Positions 8,718 to 17,774 of a stretch of DNA of 32,944 nucleotides are shown in pieces. The stretch comes from a virus. Taxonomy: Duplodnaviria > Caudoviricetes. The notes beneath the pieces are model-generated. The model was not told where the DNA came from. It saw nothing but the letters and a program-made list of their open reading frames with translations, and searched no databases. The position numbers and the translations under genes are program-made. Within the stretch, counting starts at the first letter, position 1. Each line of letters starts with the position of its first letter. The DNA is taken from IMG/VR virus record IMGVR_UViG_3300037424_000710, positions 1-32,944 of that record; one strand, written 5' to 3'.

Positions 8718-8721
8718 TAAA

Positions 8722-8868
8722 TCAATCTGGCGGTGGAGCGCCATGGCAACGGCAATGCAGATGACACCATTTGCAATCAAAGCAGAGAGGAAGTGAACAA
8801 GTGCAATTAGCTTCTTGTGGCTTGCTACAACAACGGCACTCGTCTTTGTCTTTGAGTCCGTCAATCAT
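8722..8868 (-). CDS. 48-aa Cys/His-rich antisense microprotein (metal-binding-like), not in the ORF track
   Basis: MIDGLKDKDECRCCSKPQEANCTCSLPLCFDCKWCHLHCRCHGAPPPD; 10 Cys and 3 His; nearly fills the gap between tail tube A and B. Confidence 0.6.
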   Translation of the reverse strand: MIDGLKDKDECRCCSKPQEANCTCSLPLCFDCKWCHLHCRCHGAPPPD

Positions 8869-8885
8869 GCAGCGTTCATAGCACA

Positions 8886-11699
8886 ATGAGCGGAAACATC
8901 AACATAATTCATTATTCGCTCAACGCGGGCGAAGTCTCGCCACGTATGGCCGTGCGTCAGGATCAAAACAAGTATTTGGCCTGCTGTCTTACCGCGCTCA
9001 ACGCGCGGCCTCTGGTGGTTGGCGGTATGACGTGGCGCGAGGGCACGGCGTTCCACGTCGAAACTAAGACGGTCGCCGCTAATCCGCTAAAAATTCTCAG
9101 GCCGTTTGTTGCCAGCCGCACGGCCGCTTATACGATGGAACTTGGCCATTTGTATGTGCGCTTCAATAATCAAACTCCCGTGGTCATCGAAAGCAGCCCT
9201 GGCGTTCCGCTCGAATTGGTCACGCCCTACGCCGATACCGACTTGGCGGATGTTTTCTTCGTCCAATCGATCGACGTTTGTTATTTGCTGCATCGCAACT
9301 ACGCGCCGCGCAAGATTACGCGCACGGCCGTTGACGAGTTCACGATTACACAAGTCAATTTCAATCCGCCCGCCACTTTGGAAGAAGAGCCGACCGGTGA
9401 AGATTTAGGCATCGGTACGCTGACACCGGGCGCGGTTACAGGCGACGGCATTACGTTCGAAGGCGAAAACGGCGGCTTTCTGGCTGCTGATGCTGGCCGT
9501 ATTATCGTGTTCGGTGGCTCCCGCGGTGTGATTGCTACGGTGGTCGATACCGACACGATCACGGTCGATATCATCGACGACTTTCCCGACACCGATCCTA
9601 TTCCGGCAACCGATTGGCGCTTGGTGCTGTCACCGCAAACCACCTTGGACGTGAGCAATAGCCGCGTCGATGTTGGCCAAATAACTACGTTGACTGCTGC
9701 TGTGGCGGCATTCCGCGCCGCCGATGTTGGTAAGTGGATCACCATCTTTGGCGGCTTGGTGCAAATCAATACCGTAGACAGCTCTACCAGTGCCAAGGCG
9801 ACGATCCGCTCACGTCTCAACGATATTACGGTGGCCAATCCAGACCCGACAGCGGCTTGGACGCTGGAAATCGCGGCATGGTCAGACGAGTTAGGCTACC
9901 CGTCTTGCGGCTGTTTCTTTCAAGAGCGCTTTTGGCTGTGCAAGGGGTTGACGATTAACGGCTCAGTGACCGGCGACTTTGAGAACTTCGGCAAGGGTGG
10001 CGACGATGACAGCGCGATTGCGCGCACGATCAGCGATGATGACGTTGATTCAATCGTTTGGATCAAGGGCGATAAGGAATTAAAGATCGGCACCTTTTCA
10101 GGCATCTATCAGGCTGCGCCGACAACGCAGAGCGGCGCGTTGACGCCTTCAAGCTTTCGCGTCGATCCCATCGACCCCAACGGTTGCGCGCGTATTCCAC
10201 CGCTGCGCGTTTCGCCCGTCTTGATTTACGTTGACGCCAGCCTACGCCAACTGCGCGAATTGAGTTACAACTTCGCTGAGGACAATTTCAAATCGCCGCA
10301 ACTTTTTCGACTCGCCGAACACCTGATTGACGGCTTCTTCATCAATGAGCTTGCCTACTCGTCCAGTCCCGATTCTGTCATCTACGTTGTTCGAAATGAC
10401 GGTGTGTTGCTGGGCCTAGTTTACGAGCAAGTAGAAAGTGTCATCGCTTGGTATCGGATAGAAACCGATGGCCTTATTAAATCTATTTGCGTTATCCCGC
10501 GGCCGTTGACGGGCAAGGATTGGCTTTGGGCTATCGTCGAGCGCGACAACGGCACTTTTGTTGAGCACTTCGAGCCCGATCACGCCAACACCGGGCGTGA
10601 GTGGCACGACCTGCAAACCGATTGCGCCATTGTCACCACGCACGATGAGAACTTTGTCGTCGCCGGCTTAGAGATTTACGAAAGAAAGACGGTTTGGGTT
10701 GTCGGCGATGGAATGCTTTTTAACGTGCGTAAAGATGCTTTGGGGCGCACGGTTAGCACCGCGGTTGTCGTTGATGGCGAAATCACACTTGACCCGCAAG
10801 TGGCGGTGGACAAGGTTGAAATTGGCTTAGGCTATGAGGGCAAAATCGTTCCTGTGTCACCGCGTATAGATCCGGAAACCGGTACTCAGTTGATAGCCAA
10901 GGGTTACGTGCAGGTCGGAATAAACATCGATCGCGCCTTGGGCATGAGGCTTAGAGCCTATCGGGTCAACCGCAGCGAGCCGGGCGACGAGGACATCGTT
11001 GGCGAGGAGCTGGCATACCGCAAACCCTATCATGCAATGGATCGGCAAGTGCCGCTTCAAGTTGGCCAAAAGTGCGTCTTCAACCTCGGCTATGATTTTG
11101 CCCGTATCGAGATCCTGAGAGACAAACCTTTTCCCGCCGAGATTCTAAGCGTAATCGGTAAGCTTCACGTCGGCGACATGTGGGACTGTGACACCGACGA
11201 TGTAGAGCAGGCTTTCAGCCTGTTGCCGATCGAATGTGACGAGCCTTGCCCGGTCGGGCATTTCGCGAGCGCGATCTATAACGGCGCGGCCACGATCGGC
11301 GGGCCGGCAATTCGCGTGCAAATAATTTCCAGTGAGGACGCGGCGTTCCTCGTGGCGGCGCTTTACTTCCCGTCCTTGGAACGCATTTCGATTGTTTGGT
11401 ACGACGGCGAAAGTAACGAGGAACTCGGTACTATTCTAGGTTCGGTGAGTTACCCATTAGAAATCGGTGACGTGTTGGAGATCAAGGCCGGCGTGAGAAT
11501 CGCCGGGGTGATTCAATTCAGCGCTTACGTGAATGACGTTGAAGTGGTCGGCCCGGTGGGCAACGCGGATATTCCAGAGGACGCGAGCTGCGCGACGTTT
11601 TTCGGTTTGAATGGGAATGTAATCACCGCGGAAGTGGTTACGGTCGAAACCGTGCCGGTCACGGTGAACGGTGAGGAAATAACTGTAACCAGTTTGTAG
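8886..11699 (+). CDS. Tail tubular protein B / nozzle (T7 gp12-like) with C-terminal extension
   Basis: SLNAGEVSPRM, ELGHLYVRF, QSIDV, GYPSCGCFFQERFW, LRELSYNF; about 170 extra aa after the usual end. Confidence 0.85.
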   Translation: MSGNINIIHYSLNAGEVSPRMAVRQDQNKYLACCLTALNARPLVVGGMTWREGTAFHVETKTVAANPLKILRPFVASRTAAYTMELGHLYVRFNNQTPVVIESSPGVPLELVTPYADTDLADVFFVQSIDVCYLLHRNYAPRKITRTAVDEFTITQVNFNPPATLEEEPTGEDLGIGTLTPGAVTGDGITFEGENGGFLAADAGRIIVFGGSRGVIATVVDTDTITVDIIDDFPDTDPIPATDWRLVLSPQTTLDVSNSRVDVGQITTLTAAVAAFRAADVGKWITIFGGLVQINTVDSSTSAKATIRSRLNDITVANPDPTAAWTLEIAAWSDELGYPSCGCFFQERFWLCKGLTINGSVTGDFENFGKGGDDDSAIARTISDDDVDSIVWIKGDKELKIGTFSGIYQAAPTTQSGALTPSSFRVDPIDPNGCARIPPLRVSPVLIYVDASLRQLRELSYNFAEDNFKSPQLFRLAEHLIDGFFINELAYSSSPDSVIYVVRNDGVLLGLVYEQVESVIAWYRIETDGLIKSICVIPRPLTGKDWLWAIVERDNGTFVEHFEPDHANTGREWHDLQTDCAIVTTHDENFVVAGLEIYERKTVWVVGDGMLFNVRKDALGRTVSTAVVVDGEITLDPQVAVDKVEIGLGYEGKIVPVSPRIDPETGTQLIAKGYVQVGINIDRALGMRLRAYRVNRSEPGDEDIVGEELAYRKPYHAMDRQVPLQVGQKCVFNLGYDFARIEILRDKPFPAEILSVIGKLHVGDMWDCDTDDVEQAFSLLPIECDEPCPVGHFASAIYNGAATIGGPAIRVQIISSEDAAFLVAALYFPSLERISIVWYDGESNEELGTILGSVSYPLEIGDVLEIKAGVRIAGVIQFSAYVNDVEVVGPVGNADIPEDASCATFFGLNGNVITAEVVTVETVPVTVNGEEITVTSL

Positions 11700-11707
11700 G
11701 AGCACCA

Positions 11708-12319
11708 ATGGAGTTTGAAACTTTATTTCTCTCCGGTATCCGCGCCGATCAGCCTGCTGCCGCCGACGCTGACCAGAAGTTTTACCAAGTCGAGGACGAG
11801 GGCGGTCTTATTGAACGGTCGGACGGTGCCGCTTGGAACCAATGGGGGCCGTCACCTGGCGGCGCGACGATTACGCGTAAAGCCTCTGATACATCGCGCG
11901 CCTCTACGACCACGCTCGCCGATGATCCCGATTTGGTTTTTGCAATTGGTGCCAACGAAACACACGAGGTTGAGTATGTTCTTGCCTATGCTGCGCCTAG
12001 CAGCGCGACGCCCGACTTTAAGGTTGCGGTGGATGCGCCGTCGGGCGCGGCGGGTATGATTTTTATCAGTGGGCCAACGAGCGGCAGTACCGATGTTACG
12101 GCAACATCGATGTTACAAGCCGCGATTACCGCATTTGCTACCGGGATAGCGCTCGGCACTCATGGCGGAACAACCAAGAGTTTTGCTTTTATCAAGGCTC
12201 TCATTAGAAATGGCGCGACACCCGGCGACGTTGCGCTCCAATGGGCGCAGAATAGCTCAAACGCAACGGCGACCGTACTTTACACCGATTCATATATGAA
12301 GCGGCAACAGGTATCTTAA
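11708..12319 (+). CDS. Putative tail accessory protein
   Basis: 203 aa, GGAG RBS, beta-rich C-terminal domain (LQWAQNSS), tail context. Confidence 0.6.
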   Translation: MEFETLFLSGIRADQPAAADADQKFYQVEDEGGLIERSDGAAWNQWGPSPGGATITRKASDTSRASTTTLADDPDLVFAIGANETHEVEYVLAYAAPSSATPDFKVAVDAPSGAAGMIFISGPTSGSTDVTATSMLQAAITAFATGIALGTHGGTTKSFAFIKALIRNGATPGDVALQWAQNSSNATATVLYTDSYMKRQQVS

Positions 12320-13293
12320 TGGCTGAAATCGAATTACCTTTCGGCTGGTCTAATTTCGTGAGTGGTTGCGGCGAGTGCATCCCGGTTGCGCCCGATGGCA
12401 TCAGCGAAGAGTATATTTTATTCAGCTCTGGTGTTGGCGGAACTCGTTTTAGTTGGAGCTTCATTGAAGATAATCCCGGTGGTGAAATTGTCTATGAGGC
12501 GGGTACTAATTACCCGTTTGCCCCACTTGAGCAAATGTTCAAATCAACCAATGACGTAATAACTGCCGATATATTTCCTGATGGCGTAAATAGTCCAAGC
12601 AATTTAAGCCCCGGTATTAGCGATCGGGTCATGTTTGGAATGGCAAGTGGGGGCACCTTTTATCTTTTTACTCTGGATGCCGACTCGCAGTTAGAGTTTA
12701 CGCTTGGCGGTCACGGATTTTCCGGCACTAGCGTAAGAAATTGGAGCGTGGAAGGCGACACGCTTTTTATTGGCGGTGATGATCTGACCGATGGTATCGG
12801 GGGAATCATCATCGCTAAATATACTATTTCAACTCAAGCGTTCGTTTCCTTCATAGTGTTAGAAGCCGGCCTCTTGAATGTTCAAACCATCCATTACACC
12901 GGCGATTTTGTTTACGTCTTGGCTAAACGCACGGCCAACGATTTTGTTGTGTTCAAATACAGTTCCGATTTGGTCTTGCTCGATACTTTCGAGCTTAACC
13001 CAGTTGGCACCAATGATCCCTATATCGCTATCTATGCAGAAAGTGACGAAACAATTTATTGGATTCAAAAAACGGTATCTGGCGGCGGTAACGTTGCGAT
13101 CGGTTACATAAACGACATGAGTAGTCAGGTGACTCTTGACGACGATGTGACCGGAACGGGATTCGCCAACGATGCAGCACCCTGGGTGATGATTGTTCAT
13201 ACCGATGAAACGACACAGGAGACGTTTTTGTATTTGGGAAGAGGCACCGGCTCGGTTATTTACAAATATGGCCCGATAGAGTGTGCGGCATGA
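12319..13293 (+). CDS. Acidic beta-rich (possibly propeller-like) tail-region protein
   Basis: 324 aa, TAATG coupling, aromatic beta-strand pattern, visibly more AT-rich than neighbours. Confidence 0.6.
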   Translation: MAEIELPFGWSNFVSGCGECIPVAPDGISEEYILFSSGVGGTRFSWSFIEDNPGGEIVYEAGTNYPFAPLEQMFKSTNDVITADIFPDGVNSPSNLSPGISDRVMFGMASGGTFYLFTLDADSQLEFTLGGHGFSGTSVRNWSVEGDTLFIGGDDLTDGIGGIIIAKYTISTQAFVSFIVLEAGLLNVQTIHYTGDFVYVLAKRTANDFVVFKYSSDLVLLDTFELNPVGTNDPYIAIYAESDETIYWIQKTVSGGGNVAIGYINDMSSQVTLDDDVTGTGFANDAAPWVMIVHTDETTQETFLYLGRGTGSVIYKYGPIECAA

Positions 13294-13463
13294 AATTGCG
13301 CTGCAAGCGGTGCGGCGAGAATACGTTTAAGCGAGTTCTGTGAAGGGGCAAAATTTATCACGTCTGTATGACGTGCAAGGCGAGAGCAACTGAAGGTGAA
13401 CTAGTCAAGGGGAAGTTGGAGGCGTTGCGGGGTCACGAAATTAAGGCTGTCGATGCAAAATGA
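13290..13463 (+). pseudogene. Zinc-ribbon microprotein interrupted by an in-frame TGA
   Basis: MKLRCKRCGENTFKRVL*RGKIYHVCMTCKARATEGELVKG...; CxxC-x17-CxxC with TGA at 13341-13343; ATGA overlap with the upstream gene. Confidence 0.5.
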
Positions 13464-13637
13464 ATAAGGCAGCTTAGTGAATTGCACGATGAAACCAATT
13501 TGTTTGTCTGGCTTAAAAAGCATTTCGCCGTCTCCACACGGAGTTTCGCATAGTTGCTCAGGGCCAAACGGGGATAGAACAACGTGGCACGATTTGCCAC
13601 AGAATTTGCAATTCCCGGTGATCGTTATTTGCTCCAT
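13401..13637 (-). CDS. 78-aa antisense hypothetical protein with CxxC (MEQITITGNCKFCGKSCH...)
   Basis: ATG 13637 avoids overlap with the GNAT gene; 6 Cys; extended -10-like motif upstream. Confidence 0.5.
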   Translation of the reverse strand: MEQITITGNCKFCGKSCHVVLSPFGPEQLCETPCGDGEMLFKPDKQIGFIVQFTKLPYSFCIDSLNFVTPQRLQLPLD

Positions 13638-13655
13638 GCGGACTGTGTACCACAA

Positions 13656-14072
13656 ATGAAAATCCAAGTCATCCCCTTTAGAGCCCGCCACATTCCGTTG
13701 ATAAAGCCTGACGTGAGCGAGGAATGGCAAGAGCTGGCGTTGACTGCGCAAGAACACGGCCGGGGATACACGGCTTGCTTGCGTGGCGATCCCATCGGCG
13801 CGGCCGGCGTGCGCGTGCTCAATAGCACCACGGGCGAGGCTTGGGCGCTGTTTTCGCCGCGAATTAAGACTCTGCCGTTCTCGCTTTATCGCTCAGTGAG
13901 CAAGGGGCTAAATGAAATCATTGCGGAAGAAAAGCTGAAAAAGGTTTGGGCGCTGGTAAATCCAGACGACGAAGCGGCGCTGCGATTCATGCAGCATCTT
14001 GGCTTCGCCATGTCGCGCCATCTTTATGAATTGGAGGTCCGATGCTCGGAGACGAGTTCACAACAATCCTAA
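13656..14072 (+). CDS. GNAT-fold protein (T7 gp13 / internal virion protein A-like)
   Basis: GDPIGAAG, GEAWAL, ALRFMQHLGF; typical position before the internal virion genes; ATG 13656. Confidence 0.75.
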   Translation: MKIQVIPFRARHIPLIKPDVSEEWQELALTAQEHGRGYTACLRGDPIGAAGVRVLNSTTGEAWALFSPRIKTLPFSLYRSVSKGLNEIIAEEKLKKVWALVNPDDEAALRFMQHLGFAMSRHLYELEVRCSETSSQQS

Positions 14073-14470
14073 TGGGGCTTAGTGCGGGTTTTTCCCTGCT
14101 GCAAGGCGTGGCCGGATTCGCCAGCGGCCGCCAGAATGCCGCCTATGCCGAAGCCGATGCCAAGCAGGCGCAAGTCAACGCGCAGGCCGAAGCCACGCGC
14201 CAGCGGCGCATTGTTGCCAGCCAGCAGGCCACGCTACGCGCTGATGTAGGCGCACAGGGAACCACATTCACCGGCTCGCCGATGGAAGTCTATCTGGCCA
14301 ACGCGAAGCAAGGCGAGATCGAAGCGCAGGATAAGCTTTACGCCGGCAAGCTCAAAGCGCGTTCGTTGAGGGCGGAAGCCGATATTTACAGCCGCGGCGC
14401 GACAAGCTCGCTGTTCGGTGGCTTTGCCGGCGCGGCGGGCACGCTGGGAAGCGGTTTGCTTAGGAAGTGA
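14042..14470 (+). CDS. Small internal virion/ejection protein (T7 gp14-like)
   Basis: Gly/Ala-rich hydrophobic ends, central Q/A helix, GTTFTGSP motif. Confidence 0.7.
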   Translation: MLGDEFTTILMGLSAGFSLLQGVAGFASGRQNAAYAEADAKQAQVNAQAEATRQRRIVASQQATLRADVGAQGTTFTGSPMEVYLANAKQGEIEAQDKLYAGKLKARSLRAEADIYSRGATSSLFGGFAGAAGTLGSGLLRK

Positions 14471-14481
14471 TGAGGTAACGA

Positions 14482-15186
14482 ATGCCGATTCAATCACAGT
14501 ACACGCCGGACCATTACACCGGCGACGACGTTGAAGATACTTTCGAGTTCACCTTTCGCATACTCGCCAAAGTGGACATGATTGTTTACACGCGGGATGA
14601 GGACGACGTTGTCACGATTCTTGAGCTGGACAGCGATTACACGATTGACGATGCCGATGTGAATACGGACGACGGCGGGAGTGTGGTTTTAACCGATCCG
14701 TTGCCGGACGGGACTGAGCTTTTCCTGGTACGCGATACCACGCGAACCCAGCTTGTAAACATTGAAGAAGGATCTCCGTTCCCATCGGCTACAGTAACCA
14801 AGGTTTTCGATCGGCTGACGATGATGATTCAGGAGTTAAAATATTTGTATCGCCAGGCTTTGCATTTCTCAAATGCATCAACGTTCAAGGACATCGAAGT
14901 ACCTGACCCTGAAGACGGAACATTTCTCGGCTGGCTTAATGATTTATTAGTCAATGCCAATATCGGCGACTTGGGCGCTGAGGTTAGCGTTACCGAGGAT
15001 GAGGAAGATTACCAGGTTACTTTTGATTCACCGCTGGCTAACGCCGACTATCAGATTGTGTCGATCACGCCGAGCTGGAACACGACTTACAGTTGGTCCG
15101 ACAAGCTGACGACTGGTTTCTTGATTACCTTCGGCACACCCGCGCCGGCTGACGCTAAACTCGTTTGGAGAGTAATCCGCGCATGA
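14482..15186 (+). CDS. Tail fibre adapter (T7 gp17 N-terminal anchor domain) with a short C-terminal domain
   Basis: YTGD...FEFTFRIL and FDRLTMMIQEL are anchor-domain motifs; GAGGT RBS. Confidence 0.8.
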   Translation: MPIQSQYTPDHYTGDDVEDTFEFTFRILAKVDMIVYTRDEDDVVTILELDSDYTIDDADVNTDDGGSVVLTDPLPDGTELFLVRDTTRTQLVNIEEGSPFPSATVTKVFDRLTMMIQELKYLYRQALHFSNASTFKDIEVPDPEDGTFLGWLNDLLVNANIGDLGAEVSVTEDEEDYQVTFDSPLANADYQIVSITPSWNTTYSWSDKLTTGFLITFGTPAPADAKLVWRVIRA

Positions 15187-17774
15187 ACTGGCTTAAACGC
15201 TTAACGCTGACCCTGTTACTGCTCACGGCTTCAGTTGCCGACGCGCAGTACATGATCAGGGACAACTGCAACACGCTTACCCCGGTTGAATCCGGAACGG
15301 TCTGCTTGCAGCGGACAACCACGGGCGGGCTTACGGCCGGGCATGTTTACGTTTACCGTGGTGCGACCTGGACCGATGTTGATTCAGGCGGCGCTGGATC
15401 TGGCGATATCGAAGGCGTCACGGCGGGAACCAATCTGTCAGGCGGCGGCACGAGTGGAACAGTAACGCTCAATGTGGTGAATCCGATAGTCGCCAATCTG
15501 ACGGGCAACGTCACGGGAAATGTGACTGGCTCGTCGGGTTCAACGACGGGCAACGCGGCGACGGTTACGACAAACGCAAACCTCACGGGACACGTTACCT
15601 CGGTCGGCAATGCCGCCGTGTTAGGGAGCTTCACCGTTGCGCAGCTTAACACCGCGATCTCAGACGGAGACGTGGCGACGGGCGGCGGGACTGCGACCGG
15701 AACCAACACCGGCGACCAAACGATCACCTTAACCGGCGATGTAACCGGCTCGGGTACGGGCAGTTTTGCCGCAACAATAGCGGCGAACTCCGTAGCACTC
15801 GGCACCGACACGACAGGGGATTACGTCTCCAGCGCGACAGCGAGCCAGGGGCTTTTGCTCACCGGCACCGAGGGCGCGTCCCTTGGATTGATCGATTGCG
15901 CAGCCAACGAAATTATCAAACGCAATGCCGGTGATACGGCATGGGAGTGCGCGGCGGACTCGACCGGCGGCAGTCCATCGTTTGACACCATCGCGAGTGG
16001 CACCAACACCACGGCGGCAATGGTTGTCGGTACGGGCGGGAGCCTAGCGGTCAGTGGCAGCGGCACCATTGCGGCAACTACGGCGGCGGCTCTCGCCGCA
16101 AATCCCAGCGATTGCGCTGCAAACCAATTCGCCACGACGATTGCAGCAAACGGCAATCTCACCTGCGCGGCTATCGTCGACGCCGACGTGCCGAATAATA
16201 TCACCATCGATCTCGCAGCCACGGTTACGACAAATGCAAATCTAACCGGGCATGTAACATCGACCGGCAATGCTGCGGTCCTTGGCAGTTTTACCGTTGC
16301 ACAGCTCAATACTGCAATTTCAGACGGCGATGTCGCCACGGGCGGCGGCACAGCGACGGGCACGAATACCGGCGATCAAACCAGCGTCAGCGGGAACGCG
16401 GGAACGGCTACCGCGCTGGCTGCGAACGGCGGCAATTGCTCGGCGGGAAGTTTTCCCCTTGGCGTCGATGCTTCAGGCGCGGTTGAATCCTGCACTGCCT
16501 TACCGACGACGATCAGCGGCACGGCCAATGAAATAACCGCGAGCGCGGCGACGGGCGCGGTAACGCTATCGATCCCCGCCGTGCTCGATCTTTCAGGCAA
16601 AGTGCTTTCCGGCGCGTCACCATTGGTCTTCGAGGGCGCAACGCCGGACGCTTTTGAAACTACCATTGCGATAACCGATCCGACTGTTGATCGCACGTTT
16701 ACGATACCCGACGCCGATAGCGTAGCGATCCAGCCGTCCGGTGCGGTAAGTAATCAATTTATTACCGGCGTTAGCGCGGCGGGTGTCATCTCTCGCGCGC
16801 AGCCGGCTTTCACCGATATCAGCGGAGCCGTCACCGACGCGCAGGTACCGAACACGATCACCGTGGATTTGGCGACTGCGGCGACGGCATTGGCCGCCAA
16901 CGGCACTAATTGCACTGCGGGAAACTACGCCCGCGGCGTTGATGCGTCGGGCAATGCCGAGGATTGTACGGCGGCTTCAGGCGGCGGCGACGCGCTGGTT
17001 GCCAATCCCTTATCACAATTTGCGGCAACGACTTCGGCCCAACTTGCCGGCGTGATCTCCGATGAGAGCGGCACCGGTGCTTTGATTTTTGCAGGCGGCG
17101 CGATCGGCGCCGCAACAGCGACAACCCCATCAGCCGACGATAACGACACCTCGGTTGCGACAACGGCTTACGTTCAAACCGAACTGACGGCTTATGCCAG
17201 CGATACGGTTTCCCTAACCAACAAAACTCTCGATGCTGAAGGCACCGGTAACGTCGTCACTATCCCGTTCACTCTCTGGCTACCGATGGCGGGCTGTTCT
17301 GGCACCACGGCGGGAACGATTTGGGATTTACCGACAAGCGGTCCAATGGTGGCAACCTGCACGGTTGGAACCAATACCGTCCAGGGCTACGGCGCGTTTG
17401 CCGATAGCGCCAGCCTCTCCGCTCAGTATACGTGGGCCGTCCCGTCCGACTGGACCGGCAACATTGATGTACGGTTCAAGTGGTTCACCGCGGCAACTTC
17501 CGGTGATGTGGTTTGGCAACTGGCGACGATATGTGTCGCCGACGCCGAGACCAACGATCCGGCGTTTAACACCGCGAGCACTGTGACGGACACCGCCAAA
17601 GGGACGACGCTGCAAACCAACGACGCGGCGATCACGACATTGACGGTTACGGGATGCGCCGCGGGTGAGCTGATGCACTTCAAAATTCTGCGCGACTCGG
17701 CTCACGCTTCCGACACACTGGCGGCGACGGCAAATCTTATTGGAATAGAGATGAAATACAGGAGGGCGATGTAA
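15183..17774 (+). CDS. 863-aa Gly/Thr/Ala-rich tail-fibre/adhesin-like protein with predicted Sec signal peptide
   Basis: ATG 15183 (ATGA overlap); MNWLKR-LTLTLLLLT-ASVADA/Q; GDIEGVTAGTNLSGGGTSG, LTGNVTGNVTG and ATTAYV fibre motifs; paired-Cys loops. Confidence 0.8.
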   Translation: MNWLKRLTLTLLLLTASVADAQYMIRDNCNTLTPVESGTVCLQRTTTGGLTAGHVYVYRGATWTDVDSGGAGSGDIEGVTAGTNLSGGGTSGTVTLNVVNPIVANLTGNVTGNVTGSSGSTTGNAATVTTNANLTGHVTSVGNAAVLGSFTVAQLNTAISDGDVATGGGTATGTNTGDQTITLTGDVTGSGTGSFAATIAANSVALGTDTTGDYVSSATASQGLLLTGTEGASLGLIDCAANEIIKRNAGDTAWECAADSTGGSPSFDTIASGTNTTAAMVVGTGGSLAVSGSGTIAATTAAALAANPSDCAANQFATTIAANGNLTCAAIVDADVPNNITIDLAATVTTNANLTGHVTSTGNAAVLGSFTVAQLNTAISDGDVATGGGTATGTNTGDQTSVSGNAGTATALAANGGNCSAGSFPLGVDASGAVESCTALPTTISGTANEITASAATGAVTLSIPAVLDLSGKVLSGASPLVFEGATPDAFETTIAITDPTVDRTFTIPDADSVAIQPSGAVSNQFITGVSAAGVISRAQPAFTDISGAVTDAQVPNTITVDLATAATALAANGTNCTAGNYARGVDASGNAEDCTAASGGGDALVANPLSQFAATTSAQLAGVISDESGTGALIFAGGAIGAATATTPSADDNDTSVATTAYVQTELTAYASDTVSLTNKTLDAEGTGNVVTIPFTLWLPMAGCSGTTAGTIWDLPTSGPMVATCTVGTNTVQGYGAFADSASLSAQYTWAVPSDWTGNIDVRFKWFTAATSGDVVWQLATICVADAETNDPAFNTASTVTDTAKGTTLQTNDAAITTLTVTGCAAGELMHFKILRDSAHASDTLAATANLIGIEMKYRRAM
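15555..16382 (+). repeat. Internal duplication of 56 codons (15555-15722 and 16215-16382)
   Basis: AATVTTNANLTGHVTS(V/T)GNAAVLG...GTNTGDQT is identical at 55 of 56 aa; by hand count 35 codons differ synonymously. Confidence 0.9.

Noticed and set aside
8598-8864. 88-aa minus ORF from the track
   Set aside because: It overlaps tail tube A; the Cys-rich frame 8722-8868 fits the gap better
13341-13343. Selenocysteine or genome-wide TGA recoding
   Set aside because: The TGA is not at a Cys-motif position, no SECIS-like hairpin was recognised, and TGA ends many genes here
15353-17705. Many minus-strand ORFs over the fibre gene, and similar shadows over portal, nozzle and ejection genes
   Set aside because: Antisense shadows of GC-rich low-complexity coding sequence
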